A stretch of DNA of 64,000 nucleotides from Syntrophomonadaceae bacterium (lineage in GTDB: Bacteria > Bacteroidota > Ignavibacteria > Ignavibacteriales > SURF-24), in NCBI GenBank assembly GCA_050259615.1, contig JBLNAZ010000014.1, positions 9,952 to 73,951 on the forward strand, given 5' to 3'. Position 1 is the first letter of the stretch. Every line of letters starts with the position of its first letter. The notes below the pieces were generated by a model. That model was not told where the DNA came from. It saw nothing but the letters and a program-made list of their open reading frames with translations, and did not search any database. Below are positions 18,047-27,626 of this stretch, one piece after another. A program made the translations under genes and the position numbers.

Positions 18047-19687
18047 TTACCGGCTGCACCAGGCTCTTCTTATTCTTAAAACACTCATGAACCATTCCTG
18101 GCTTACAATTAGGTACGTGTCGTCATTGTTGAGCGACATGCAGGAAACAGCATAGGAACTGTTATAATTAAGCGGACCCAGTGTCCCAACCTGAAAACCA
18201 TCCGGCAGGCGGAATACCCTGATATCGTCATTACCTGCCACCAGATATTTAGAGTCATGTGTAAATTCAAAAGAATTAGTCCGCATATTAATCTGATTTT
18301 CAACTGTAAATGTATTTGCATTTACTATCAGGATTTTGCTTGTCTCGTTATTGTAAGCTTCATTCGTTGGTGCAACGGCAAAGTAGTTGCCATCCTTAGT
18401 AAAAGCAATATGATTTATATGGACGCCTTCAGGATCAAATGTATTTAATAGTGACCCGTCAGAGGCATTCAGAACCAGGATTCTTTCATTATTAGCGTCT
18501 GACTGAATAGCAAAAATCCTTTTTCCGTCAGAAGACATTTTTACTATTTTTATTTTTAATCCGTTTACTTTCCAGAGCTGATTATAATTGTTTACATCAA
18601 GCATGGCAATGTAATTGCTTTCCGTATTCAGGGGACTGCATAAAACAATTCTGCTGCCGTCGGGCGTAAAATCAATTGAATTTTTGTAAAACGTATCTGC
18701 TGAGTAATTCAATCCCTTTATAATGCTGCCGTTGTTAGCATCAACAAATAAGAGAAGACTGTCTGCAGGTAATCCACTGCCGGATCTTCCAATGGCAATG
18801 AGATTTCCTGCGGGACTGTATTTTGCAAATCCCGTATATACAGGCAGCGAATAAACCTCCTTGCGCAGGTCTGCATCATAAACCTTAAAACTGGTACTAT
18901 AATAATCGTCTCCTGTAGCAAGGAACTGATTTTTTATCGGAGAAAACTCCTGTGTCTTACTGCTGTAGGAAGAGTGATATGGCTGAAATTCACTGGAGTA
19001 AAAGCCATAGAAAACACTTAATACATTGGTAAATGCTGAGGTATTATGTTCTGAACCGGCACATACCCTGAATTCATATATTTTATTTCTGTCGAGGTTA
19101 TTTATACTAAAGCTTTCTTTGTCAAAAGAGACGACCCCTGCGGTTGTGAAATCCATTCCTTCAGAGGGAATTCTTGACTGTATGATAATATTTTTTGCTA
19201 TCGCTGAGTTATTCTTCCAGCTTAGTTCAATACTGTTGTCACTGCTGTTCTGATTGGTTATTCTAAGTTCTGTGGGAGCCTTGAATTCAAGGAAAGCTGA
19301 AACAATTTTGGAATATGCAGATTTATTTTGCGACTTGTAGGCTCTTATCCTGAAATAATAGGTCACTCCGGTCTTAACAGCGAATTTATCCACAAATGAG
19401 GTGATGTTCTCCTCAGTTGTATCAACGGCAAAGAAATTGTCGTTTACCGAATCACTCTTTTCAATAATAAATCCTGCTTCGCCCAGGCTGTTGTCTGTCC
19501 AGAGGAGCTTTACTGCGTTTTCATTAATATATTCGATGCTTAACAATCCTGGTGAATTGGGCAGGTAGTTTCCTGACTTTGTGTCGTGGGGATTTGTAAA
19601 GTCAACAACCGCATCTTCCGGAGAGCATGAATAAAAGCACAGCCCGGAAAGAATAATAACAAAGATTTTATAAAATAATTTCAGCAT
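18047..19687 (-). CDS. Lipoprotein with two fibronectin-III-like domains and a beta-propeller (WD40/PD40-like) region
   Basis: 546-aa ORF with a lipobox-like LSGLCFYSC. There are two FN3-like modules (LLWTDNSLGEAGFIIEKS...YYFRIRAY and ELSWKNNS...YEFRVCA) followed by repeated propeller-like blades (DGSRIV, DGKRIFA, DGNYFAV). Confidence 0.65.
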   Translation of the reverse strand: MLKLFYKIFVIILSGLCFYSCSPEDAVVDFTNPHDTKSGNYLPNSPGLLSIEYINENAVKLLWTDNSLGEAGFIIEKSDSVNDNFFAVDTTEENITSFVDKFAVKTGVTYYFRIRAYKSQNKSAYSKIVSAFLEFKAPTELRITNQNSSDNSIELSWKNNSAIAKNIIIQSRIPSEGMDFTTAGVVSFDKESFSINNLDRNKIYEFRVCAGSEHNTSAFTNVLSVFYGFYSSEFQPYHSSYSSKTQEFSPIKNQFLATGDDYYSTSFKVYDADLRKEVYSLPVYTGFAKYSPAGNLIAIGRSGSGLPADSLLLFVDANNGSIIKGLNYSADTFYKNSIDFTPDGSRIVLCSPLNTESNYIAMLDVNNYNQLWKVNGLKIKIVKMSSDGKRIFAIQSDANNERILVLNASDGSLLNTFDPEGVHINHIAFTKDGNYFAVAPTNEAYNNETSKILIVNANTFTVENQINMRTNSFEFTHDSKYLVAGNDDIRVFRLPDGFQVGTLGPLNYNSSYAVSCMSLNNDDTYLIVSQEWFMSVLRIRRAWCSR

Positions 19688-19694
19688 AGTGTTT

Positions 19695-20807
19695 TTAGTT
19701 AAGGTTTAATTTTACGCCAAGGCTGCCCGGTCCGGCATTTATTTCTCCAATTTTTTCCAGCCGGAGATCGGACCCGCCGGAATGAAAAATAACGGCATCA
19801 ATAATATTCAGAAAATAAAATCCCAGCGTAGCCCCAAGGAACAGGTTTTTTCTTTTTGCCGCCTTATTCATGTCATTTGCCGAGGATTCCAGAAGGGCCC
19901 GGTATTTAACTGCTTCCGGCTCATTCAATGCGCCAAAATATTTATCTTTATTTCTTGTGAATTCGCTCTGCCCGTCCTGGTAATCCAACCCGGCCTTTAA
20001 GAAAAATATGCCGCTGATTAATGTGCCGACGAAATATCCTACTCCCTGTATGTGCGATCGGTCTGAGAACTGGCCTAATCCCGGAACAGCTGCCGAAAGG
20101 AGGAAGTATTTGGGTGTATAATAGCCGTAGCTGCTTCTAAGCCTGTACTGAATGCCGCTCCCAATTTCAAAATCCTCTTCAATGGGTCTGAAAAAGTTGT
20201 CTGGTTTCAGCTTTAAACCGTGTTTTCCTATCTGAACCTTTAAGCTGGAACTGCTGTCGAAAGCAAAAATATTATCATCAATAATCAGTTTGCTGATATT
20301 TTTATCTTCAAGAGAGATTAAACTATAATTTAACTTGAGGTCTATATTATAATCGTATCTGGTGGACCTGATAAAAATGAATTTTTCCACGGTACAGTAG
20401 TTATTCTTTTTTATGCTCAGCTTATAATTTCCTATATGAAGCTTCCAGTTCTTTAGTGGGGTGTAACCGATTGGGGTATCGTTAATGAGCACTTCAGCAC
20501 TGTCTGGAGCCGAATTTATGTTAAGAAAACCGTAATCACCGTCCAGAACGAAGAATACTTCATAAATACCCTTAATAAATCCTACAACCTGCTCGCGTGA
20601 AATGCCATTGAGTGTGGCTTTTATTTTGAGATCATTTATATCTGAATTATAAATCTGAAGAGGAGTTGTGCCTGAAAATTTATTATTGATATAAACTGAG
20701 GCTCCCTGCGGGTAAGAATTAATTTGAAGAATATTTTCCCCAGGCTTATCCTGTGAGAAGAGCGTGGAGTTTATAAGAAAATAGAAGACAATAAACCGGA
20801 GGACCAT
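19695..20807 (-). CDS. PEGA-domain protein with C-terminal DUF5683-like membrane segment
   Basis: ORF 19695-20840. The likely start is Met12 (20807), giving the signal/anchor MVLRFIVFYFLINSTLFSQ. PEGA motifs are present (INSYPQGASVYINNKFSGTTPL, INSAPDSAEVLINDTPIGYTPL). The C-terminal AVPGLGQF...TM region is DUF5683-like. Confidence 0.6.
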   Translation of the reverse strand: MVLRFIVFYFLINSTLFSQDKPGENILQINSYPQGASVYINNKFSGTTPLQIYNSDINDLKIKATLNGISREQVVGFIKGIYEVFFVLDGDYGFLNINSAPDSAEVLINDTPIGYTPLKNWKLHIGNYKLSIKKNNYCTVEKFIFIRSTRYDYNIDLKLNYSLISLEDKNISKLIIDDNIFAFDSSSSLKVQIGKHGLKLKPDNFFRPIEEDFEIGSGIQYRLRSSYGYYTPKYFLLSAAVPGLGQFSDRSHIQGVGYFVGTLISGIFFLKAGLDYQDGQSEFTRNKDKYFGALNEPEAVKYRALLESSANDMNKAAKRKNLFLGATLGFYFLNIIDAVIFHSGGSDLRLEKIGEINAGPGSLGVKLNLN

Positions 20808-21405
20808 TGTGGTTTTTTCCCAATTGAACATCAGATCCAACCTCAGTGTTTTTAGCAGGAAAGCTGAAGCCTGAAATAGAAGCTTTCCAAAATGAATAAT
20901 TAGTGAATGGTCTTAATATTATGTAGCCTAAAATTAGCAGAGTTGAGCCACGAAAACAATAAAATTGTCTTATACTGCTGGCTTCCTCAGTTCAGCCATT
21001 ACCTGAGCCTTAAAAATATCCATGTACGTCCTCAGGTACTCGTTTTCCTTCTTTAACTCTTTTAACTTCTGCCTGAGTTCCGCCGCTTTTACAGGCTTAC
21101 GCTTTCGATTTTCTTTCTTCATCGCCGGTTTCTTATTCCGTAAAATTATGTGCTTATACTTATATATATGGTGACGGGAGGCGTTTTCGGAAAAATTTAA
21201 GAAAAAAATTTAAATTATTTTTAAAAACCCTGTTTTTAGTCCGTTTTGTAATATAAACAATCTTCAACCTCTGTGCCCTTCGGCAGACAAAAACAAAATC
21301 CGGTTTGATTTTTCCTGAGAAAATTCATAACGTTGGAATAGAAGTCCTCAAGACCTTTCATTTTAGCCCTTTTGATTCCTATTTTTGAACAATACGGGGT
21401 GCACG

Positions 21406-23541
21406 ATGAACCTTATTAAAGCCTTTTCACTTTTACTCATTGCCTCAAACCTGTTTTTCGGCCAGACAAAACATTGGTTAAATTTTTATTCGGAGTCTGA
21501 AATTGTTTCACAGACTTTTGAAGGGCAGTACTCATGGATTGCGACAAAAGATTACCTGGTCAAACTTGACATGCTTACAGGAGAGAAGCAGTACTTCCTG
21601 TACGGAGCCGGAATTACCTCTGTTGCCGTTGATGAGAAGGGCAATAAATGGATCGGGACTTCTTCCAGAGGCCTTATTAAATATGACGGTCAGAACTGGA
21701 CAGAATTTAATGCATCCAATTCAGGCCTGCCTCTTAATGGTGTCCAGGCTGTCCTGGCCGACAAAAAAGGAAATATATGGATCCCTTCCTGGGGTATTGG
21801 CCTCATAAAATTTGATGGCAGTACGTGGACTGTCTTTAATACCTCCAATTCCGGAATAATATCAGACAAATTTGAAAAAATTGACATCGACCAGGAGGGC
21901 AATGTATGGATAGGATGTTCCGATAAGGGACTCTCAAAGTTTGACGGCAGCAGCTGGAAAAATTATGACCTCTTAAACTCCGGAATTGTTAACAATTATA
22001 TCAATGCTATGACAGTGGACCTGAAGGGAGACGTTTGGATCGGGAGTGTTAGCTCACTTGTAAAATTTGATGGCAGTACCTGGACAAAATATAAGTCCTC
22101 TCCAGCAGTTCCTTTTAAGAGTATTGGAGTAATTGCTGTCGATCAAAAGAATAATAAGTGGATAGGAACTAACGACGGACTATTCAGGTTTGATGAGTCC
22201 GCACAGACCATATGGGACAGCCTGAAGATTGAGACTAAATATAGATTCATTAACTCAATTGTCATTGACCCCTTTGATAACAAATGGGTGGTGACTGCCG
22301 GGGACTTTTCTAAATATGACGGAAAGAAATGGACAATATATAAAACCTCTAATTCAAGCTTTCCCAAAAATCGAATACTATCAGTGGAAGTGGATAAAAA
22401 GGGTAAAAAATGGTTTGGAACAGAAGATTATGGACCTTTCAGAGGACTCGTTGAATTGGACGGCAACTGCTGGACTCTGCATAATTTTCATACTTATAAC
22501 ATAAATTCCATTGCATCGGCAGATGACGGTACCCTATGGCTCGGCACAAGCTATGGCATTATCAGATATGCAAGCGGTACTGCACAATACTTTTACCTGA
22601 TGGATTATGGCATAAGTCAGAATAAGGTAAACAAGGTTACTTTGGATGAGAAGGGTAATCTTTGGATAGGGACTGATGAGGGACTCCTGAAGTATGATGG
22701 AAGCAGTTTTTCAACTTTTAATACTTCCAATTCCAAAATACCCGATAACCGCGTAACCGTAATTAAGCAGGGCCCCAAAGGGAATCTGTGGGTGGGAACA
22801 CTGGGCGGACTTCTGGTAATAAACGGAAATAACTTTTCGGTAATTGACAGCTCAAATTCTGATCTGCCGGATAATAATATCTCTTCTATTACCTTCGACA
22901 ACAGTGGGGACGCCTGGGTCGCAATGTGCAATACAGGTCTTGCAAAATATGACGGGCAAAACTTCAGGCTATTCAACAAGTCAAATTCCGGTCTGCCAAG
23001 TGATTTCATCAGTAATGTTGAGGCGGACGGGAAAGGAAATATCTGGATCATCAGCACCGACGGGCTTATTAAGTTTGACGGGGAAAACTGGAAGGTGTAC
23101 AACACCCTGAACTCCGGTATTTCATCCGAGAGAGTATACTCCATGGCCAAAGATTCAATGGACAGTTTCTGGCTTGTAACAGACCTTGGCGTATCAGTCT
23201 TCAATGAAGAAGGCGTTATAATGACTGCAGAAGGTTCGATACAGGTGAATGTAAATAACAGCACAACCCATAAGCCCGCGGCTTTCAGCTTAAGTCAGAA
23301 CTATCCGAATCCATTTAATCCTTCTACAACAATCAGTTACAATTTGGCTAAGCATTCTAAAGTCAGTTTAAGAGTATTTGATATGCTTGGGCGTGAAATA
23401 GCAGTTCTGCTGGACAGGGAGCAGGGCCCTGGAGATTACAAGGTTCAATTTGATGCATCTCACCTTCCCAGCGGAATGTACATTTATACAATTCAGGCCG
23501 GAGAGTTCAGGGATTCGAAGAAACTGATGCTGGTAAAATAA
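21406..23541 (+). CDS. Secreted Reg_prop (two-component-regulator propeller) repeat protein with T9SS C-terminal sorting domain
   Basis: ORF from 21385. I prefer ATG 21406, giving the signal peptide MNLIKAFSLLLIASNLFFGQ. There are about 14 repeats of the Reg_prop pattern (GNxWIGT..GLxKYDGxxWxxFNxSNSGLP). The last ~85 aa are SQNYPNPFNPSTTISYNL...LPSGMYIYTIQAGEFRDSKKLMLVK, a T9SS CTD. Confidence 0.75.
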   Translation: MNLIKAFSLLLIASNLFFGQTKHWLNFYSESEIVSQTFEGQYSWIATKDYLVKLDMLTGEKQYFLYGAGITSVAVDEKGNKWIGTSSRGLIKYDGQNWTEFNASNSGLPLNGVQAVLADKKGNIWIPSWGIGLIKFDGSTWTVFNTSNSGIISDKFEKIDIDQEGNVWIGCSDKGLSKFDGSSWKNYDLLNSGIVNNYINAMTVDLKGDVWIGSVSSLVKFDGSTWTKYKSSPAVPFKSIGVIAVDQKNNKWIGTNDGLFRFDESAQTIWDSLKIETKYRFINSIVIDPFDNKWVVTAGDFSKYDGKKWTIYKTSNSSFPKNRILSVEVDKKGKKWFGTEDYGPFRGLVELDGNCWTLHNFHTYNINSIASADDGTLWLGTSYGIIRYASGTAQYFYLMDYGISQNKVNKVTLDEKGNLWIGTDEGLLKYDGSSFSTFNTSNSKIPDNRVTVIKQGPKGNLWVGTLGGLLVINGNNFSVIDSSNSDLPDNNISSITFDNSGDAWVAMCNTGLAKYDGQNFRLFNKSNSGLPSDFISNVEADGKGNIWIISTDGLIKFDGENWKVYNTLNSGISSERVYSMAKDSMDSFWLVTDLGVSVFNEEGVIMTAEGSIQVNVNNSTTHKPAAFSLSQNYPNPFNPSTTISYNLAKHSKVSLRVFDMLGREIAVLLDREQGPGDYKVQFDASHLPSGMYIYTIQAGEFRDSKKLMLVK

Positions 23542-23584
23542 TCAGCAGATAAAAATTAATTAAAATAACAGAAAAAAGGATTTT

Positions 23585-24658
23585 ATGTTCAACCCGTTAA
23601 AATTTTGTATCGCATTGATCCTTTTATTTTCACTTAGTATCAATGCGCAGATATACAGGGGCTTAAGAGAGGTAATGTTTCTTCAGATACAGCCTAACGC
23701 ACGGGCAGAAGCCCTCGGAGGGGGAAATGCTGCCCTTACCGGAAGTCCTTTTATGAGCTTCTATAACCCTGCTGTTTCATCATTTTCCGGAGCCGTAACA
23801 GCGGAAGCCTCACATCTTGAATACCCTTTTCTTTTTGACAGGGGCGGCAGTGATAAGAATTATGAAGCTTACGGCATAGGAGTGAATATGGAGCAGTTTG
23901 GTGCCTTCTCGTTTAATTACCTGCACCTTACATTTGATCCGGAGTTGATATACTATGGCGACTGGGTGTCCATCGCTTCGGCCGGCATTTTTATGATGAA
24001 CTATTCTTATCCCATACTTCGCGACTTTTCAGTCGGTGTAAATGCCAATTATTATGAAGAAAATAAGCTCCATGACCGGGGAACGGGCTTTAAGGGTTGG
24101 TACTATGATCTGGGCCTGATGAAGAAATTTACTATTAAACAAGAAATCTCAGAGCAGAATCTGTACCTCGGACTCAGCTTTCTGAACATGCTGAATTCAA
24201 AAGTATCAGCGCAAATGAGCACTAAAATATACAGCCGATTCCCTTCAACAATGCGCCTTGCCGCAGCTTATGAATTCCAGCCTGAAAATAAAATATCGGA
24301 TTTCCGCACCTTCAAAGCTCTGTTAACTGCTGAGTACCGGGACCTCCTGAATTCAAGACACAGAACGCAGTTTCAGCTGGGTACAGAGGTGACTTTCCTT
24401 GAGATGTTCGTCCTGCGGGGAGGTTTCTATTCCGAGGATCTAAACAACAGCTGGTATTCGACGACAAGCTCAAGACTTAACCAGTTTACTTACGGCCTTG
24501 GCATTGGGGCCGCGGTAAAAAAACTCTCAGGAATGAATATTCCGCTGAATATAAAATTCGATTATACGTCGCTGCCCTTCCCGGAATATTACGAGGATGA
24601 CTACAGGCACGAATATAACTGTCCCATCTACACGCTGAATATTTCTTACAATATTTAA
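23585..24658 (+). CDS. PorV/PorQ-family outer-membrane beta-barrel protein (T9SS-associated)
   Basis: 357-aa ORF with a signal peptide. The N-terminal FLQIQPNARAEALGGGNAALTGSPFMSFYNPA matches the PorV/PorQ signature FL.I...ARA.A.GGA......D......NPAG as I remember it. The remainder has a beta-barrel pattern and the protein ends in an aromatic-rich strand. Confidence 0.55.
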   Translation: MFNPLKFCIALILLFSLSINAQIYRGLREVMFLQIQPNARAEALGGGNAALTGSPFMSFYNPAVSSFSGAVTAEASHLEYPFLFDRGGSDKNYEAYGIGVNMEQFGAFSFNYLHLTFDPELIYYGDWVSIASAGIFMMNYSYPILRDFSVGVNANYYEENKLHDRGTGFKGWYYDLGLMKKFTIKQEISEQNLYLGLSFLNMLNSKVSAQMSTKIYSRFPSTMRLAAAYEFQPENKISDFRTFKALLTAEYRDLLNSRHRTQFQLGTEVTFLEMFVLRGGFYSEDLNNSWYSTTSSRLNQFTYGLGIGAAVKKLSGMNIPLNIKFDYTSLPFPEYYEDDYRHEYNCPIYTLNISYNI

Positions 24659-24694
24659 TAATTGAGAAATGAAAACGTTACTGGCTGCACTGAC

Positions 24695-24719
24695 CTGCCG
24701 GGAACCCGTTTCCCGGCAG
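24695..24719 (+). terminator. Stem-loop downstream of the PorV-like gene (no clear U-tract)
   Basis: 10-bp stem ctgccgggaa / ttcccggcag with a 5-nt loop. Confidence 0.4.
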
Positions 24720-24929
24720 CCTTGAGATATGGACCTATAATCTGAAACCCCATTCAAAAAACTTCCTTCAAATGAACATTTGTACAGTCCTGCGTGTTAA
24801 GTGTATATTAAAAAGAACACTTAAGAGTGCCTGCCATTGAAATTTGAACGGGAAAACTGCCTTTTTCTCTGGCATGAGCGTTGCTTATTCATAGAAAAGG
24901 ACACTTGGACAGGCATAATGAGGTTTAAT

Positions 24930-26336
24930 ATGAAAAAATTAATGATTTTTGCTGCTTTTATTCTGGCCCTGGCTTTTAATCCCTTAAATGCCCAGGATAA
25001 TGATTACCAGAACACCGATTCACAGGACGGAGGATACCAGGACCAGAACAGAGAGTCACAGGATTATCACGGCTATACTCATGAAAGGGAAACATTCAAT
25101 TACTTCTATAACTCCCTTAATCCCTACGGCCAGTGGATGCAAATGGATAACGACGTTTATGCCTGGCATCCGGATAACATGGGAAGAAACTGGCAGCCTT
25201 ATACAGTAGGCCGCTGGGTCTGGTCAACCGACGGTTGGTATTGGGACTCATATGAACCCTTCGGCTGGGCTACTTACCACTACGGCAGATGGTACTATGA
25301 CGATTATTATGGCTGGCTCTGGATCCCCGACGACCAGTGGGGACCCGCATGGGTTGAATGGAGATACAGCGATGATTATATCGGCTGGGCTCCGCTTCCA
25401 CCTTATGCAGTTTTTGATATTCATATAGGTATTCATTTTACCTATGACTGGCATTTCCCATATAGCTGCTGGAATTTCATGCCTTACCGCTATTTCGACG
25501 GCTATGATGTCCACCGCTATTATGTTGCGCCAAGAGAAAAATACAGGCTTTACGGCAATACCCGCTATAGAAACGATTATGCTTACAGGGACGGAAGGGT
25601 AATTAACAGGGGCGTCGACAGGCAGTTTGTTGAAAGACGCACAGGAAGAAATATTCAGCAGAGAGATATTGTACAGACCAGAACCCGTGACCTGAGCGGC
25701 AGGACAAGGGATAATAACAGAATTGAAGTATTCCGCCCTGGTCAGCAGGATCTGGCTAAAACCAGAGACATCAGAACCCAGGATATCAAAAGAACTGAAA
25801 GAAGAACTTCACTCGACGTTAATAAAATAGACCGCAGAATGGGCAGTAATGTCAGACGCGGCGGCGAGGTTAACCGCAACGGCAAAACGGACCAGACACC
25901 GGTTATAAGGGACAGGAGTAACCAGAATAATCCCGGCGGAAACAGAAATCCCGGGGTAATCCAGAGACCTGATAATAATGGAACCCGCAACCCGCGCGTT
26001 GAACCTCCTACGGACAGGGGAAACAGGCAAAACCCGGGAAACAGTAATGGAGACAATCAGCGAAGGATGGAAAAGCAGAGGAATAACCCTAATGTTAATC
26101 CCCCTGTTGACAGAAATGAAACCCCAAATGTAAACAGGCCTGAAAACAATGGGCAGGAAAGGCGCAGGGAAACTCCCCGCTATGAAAATCAGCCACGAGG
26201 CAATCAGACTCCTCAGGTAAGAGAGAACAGGCAGCCTGAAAGAAGAAATGAACCCCAGAGGGAAAACAGACAGGGAAACAGCAAACAGCAGGGCGGCAGC
26301 AATGACCGCGAAAACGGCAGAGACAGAAGAAGATAA
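24930..26336 (+). CDS. Secreted protein with Trp/Tyr-rich repeat domain (possibly DUF6600-like) and long Arg/Asn/Pro/Gln-rich basic tail
   Basis: ORF from 24837. I prefer ATG 24930, giving the signal peptide MKKLMIFAAFILALAFNPLNAQ. The core is YGQWMQM...WHPD...WQPYTVGRWVWSTDGWYWDSYEPFGWATYHYGRWYYDDYYGWLWIPDDQWGPAWVEWRY...IGWAPLPP. The C-terminal ~230 aa are low-complexity R/N/P/Q/E. Confidence 0.65.
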   Translation: MKKLMIFAAFILALAFNPLNAQDNDYQNTDSQDGGYQDQNRESQDYHGYTHERETFNYFYNSLNPYGQWMQMDNDVYAWHPDNMGRNWQPYTVGRWVWSTDGWYWDSYEPFGWATYHYGRWYYDDYYGWLWIPDDQWGPAWVEWRYSDDYIGWAPLPPYAVFDIHIGIHFTYDWHFPYSCWNFMPYRYFDGYDVHRYYVAPREKYRLYGNTRYRNDYAYRDGRVINRGVDRQFVERRTGRNIQQRDIVQTRTRDLSGRTRDNNRIEVFRPGQQDLAKTRDIRTQDIKRTERRTSLDVNKIDRRMGSNVRRGGEVNRNGKTDQTPVIRDRSNQNNPGGNRNPGVIQRPDNNGTRNPRVEPPTDRGNRQNPGNSNGDNQRRMEKQRNNPNVNPPVDRNETPNVNRPENNGQERRRETPRYENQPRGNQTPQVRENRQPERRNEPQRENRQGNSKQQGGSNDRENGRDRRR

Positions 26337-26355
26337 TTTTTATTGCCCCTAATTC

Positions 26356-26400
26356 AAAACCCCGGTATTTGGTTGTAGCCAAATACCGGGGTTTTCTTTT
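26356..26400. terminator. Bidirectional rho-independent terminator between convergent genes
   Basis: 17-bp stem aaaaccccggtatttgg / ccaaataccggggtttt with a 6-nt loop, flanked by an A-run and a T-run. Confidence 0.75.
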
Positions 26401-26406
26401 TATAAT

Positions 26407-27408
26407 TCAAAATTCAGCATTTTTGTTATTAAACGGATCATTCCTGTCTTTCATGAATTCCGGACGGTAGTTTTCCTGGCTTTCCATTTCCTGTATCCAG
26501 CCTTTCTTCAGATGATACTTTTCCATCATATCCAGCACCTTTTCGTACTCGGAAACTCTTATTGTACGGTTGATCAGTATATCCTTTCCGGCTTTGTTTG
26601 TCGGGAAGTACTGCGACATTAAGGATATATGCACGTCAGGGCTTAATTCATTCGCAATAAACTTAAAGACCTCTTCCGATTCAGAGAGCCCGTTGGGCAG
26701 AACAAGATGCCTTATAATAAGCCCTCTTACAACCACATCGCCTTCATAAATAAGTTCGCTGCCTACCTGTCGGAACATTTCCTTTACTGCAAGCTTTGTC
26801 CTTTCAAAGTATTTATCCACTCTTGAATACTTTCTGGCATTTTCATCCGAACCGTATTTTATATCCGGCAGGTAAATATCCGCAACCCCGTCGTAGAGTT
26901 TCAGCATATCCACAGAATCGTATCCGTTAGTATTATAAATTATAGGCAGCCTGAGGCCCATTCCGGCTGCAATGTAAATGGACTTTAATATCTGCGCCGA
27001 AAAGTGCGTGGGCGATACAAGGCCTATATTGTGGCAGTCTTTTTCCTGCAGTTTCATCATAATGCAGGCCAGGCGATCAAAACTTACTTCGTGCTTCTTT
27101 TCACTTTTCCAGTTCTGTGATATTTCAAAGTTCTGGCAGAAGACGCATCTTAAGTTGCAGTTGCCGAAGAAAATGTTTCCCGCGCCCCGGCTGCCCGACA
27201 AAACTGGCTCCTCGCCAAAGTGCGGCGTATAGGAAGATACAATGGGCAGATACCCGCTCAGGCACACTCCAAGTTCATCATTCAGCCGGTCCGAAAGGCA
27301 ATTCCTGGGACAACTGGTGCATGAAGAAAGAGCCTCTTCGGCTTCAAGGGCCCGCTTTTTAAGCTCGCCTGAGTCGTGAAGCTTTATATATGAAGGTACA
27401 AAATTCAT
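26407..27408 (-). CDS. Radical SAM protein, PflX-like (COG1313 type)
   Basis: 333-aa ORF with the CNLRCVFCQN radical-SAM cluster motif and an N-terminal auxiliary Cys motif (SCTSCPRNC...GVC), as in PflX-type activase homologs. Confidence 0.8.
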   Translation of the reverse strand: MNFVPSYIKLHDSGELKKRALEAEEALSSCTSCPRNCLSDRLNDELGVCLSGYLPIVSSYTPHFGEEPVLSGSRGAGNIFFGNCNLRCVFCQNFEISQNWKSEKKHEVSFDRLACIMMKLQEKDCHNIGLVSPTHFSAQILKSIYIAAGMGLRLPIIYNTNGYDSVDMLKLYDGVADIYLPDIKYGSDENARKYSRVDKYFERTKLAVKEMFRQVGSELIYEGDVVVRGLIIRHLVLPNGLSESEEVFKFIANELSPDVHISLMSQYFPTNKAGKDILINRTIRVSEYEKVLDMMEKYHLKKGWIQEMESQENYRPEFMKDRNDPFNNKNAEF

Positions 27409-27626
27409 TTAATGGTCTTTGTAAAATTTTATATTCAGGCAGCAAAAATATCAATTAAAACCAAATAATGAAATGGAAAAAACTGATGCCGGATTAAATT
27501 TACAGACACTTGGGAATGTTTTGAAATGAAAGGGAAACTTGCTATTTTATTGAAGCGAAGCACATTTGTGCAATATTATCCGTCTGCAGCCTGTGATTTT
27601 GACCAGTTTTAATAATTGGTGGTTTT

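Noticed and set aside
20970-21122. 50-codon minus-strand ORF (MKKENRKRKPVKAAELRQKLKELKKENEYLRTYMDIFKAQVMAELRKPAV) in the 565-bp spacer
   Set aside because: The sequence is a plausible basic coiled-coil peptide. However, it has no Shine-Dalgarno site, no recognisable family and no neighbour context. Evidence is insufficient to call it as a gene.
22617-23264. 215-aa minus-strand ORF inside the Reg_prop/CTD gene
   Set aside because: It is fully antisense to a CDS with strong repeat-family signatures. Its translation is low-complexity (S/P/L/F-rich) with no motif or SD, so it is a typical shadow ORF of a repetitive gene.
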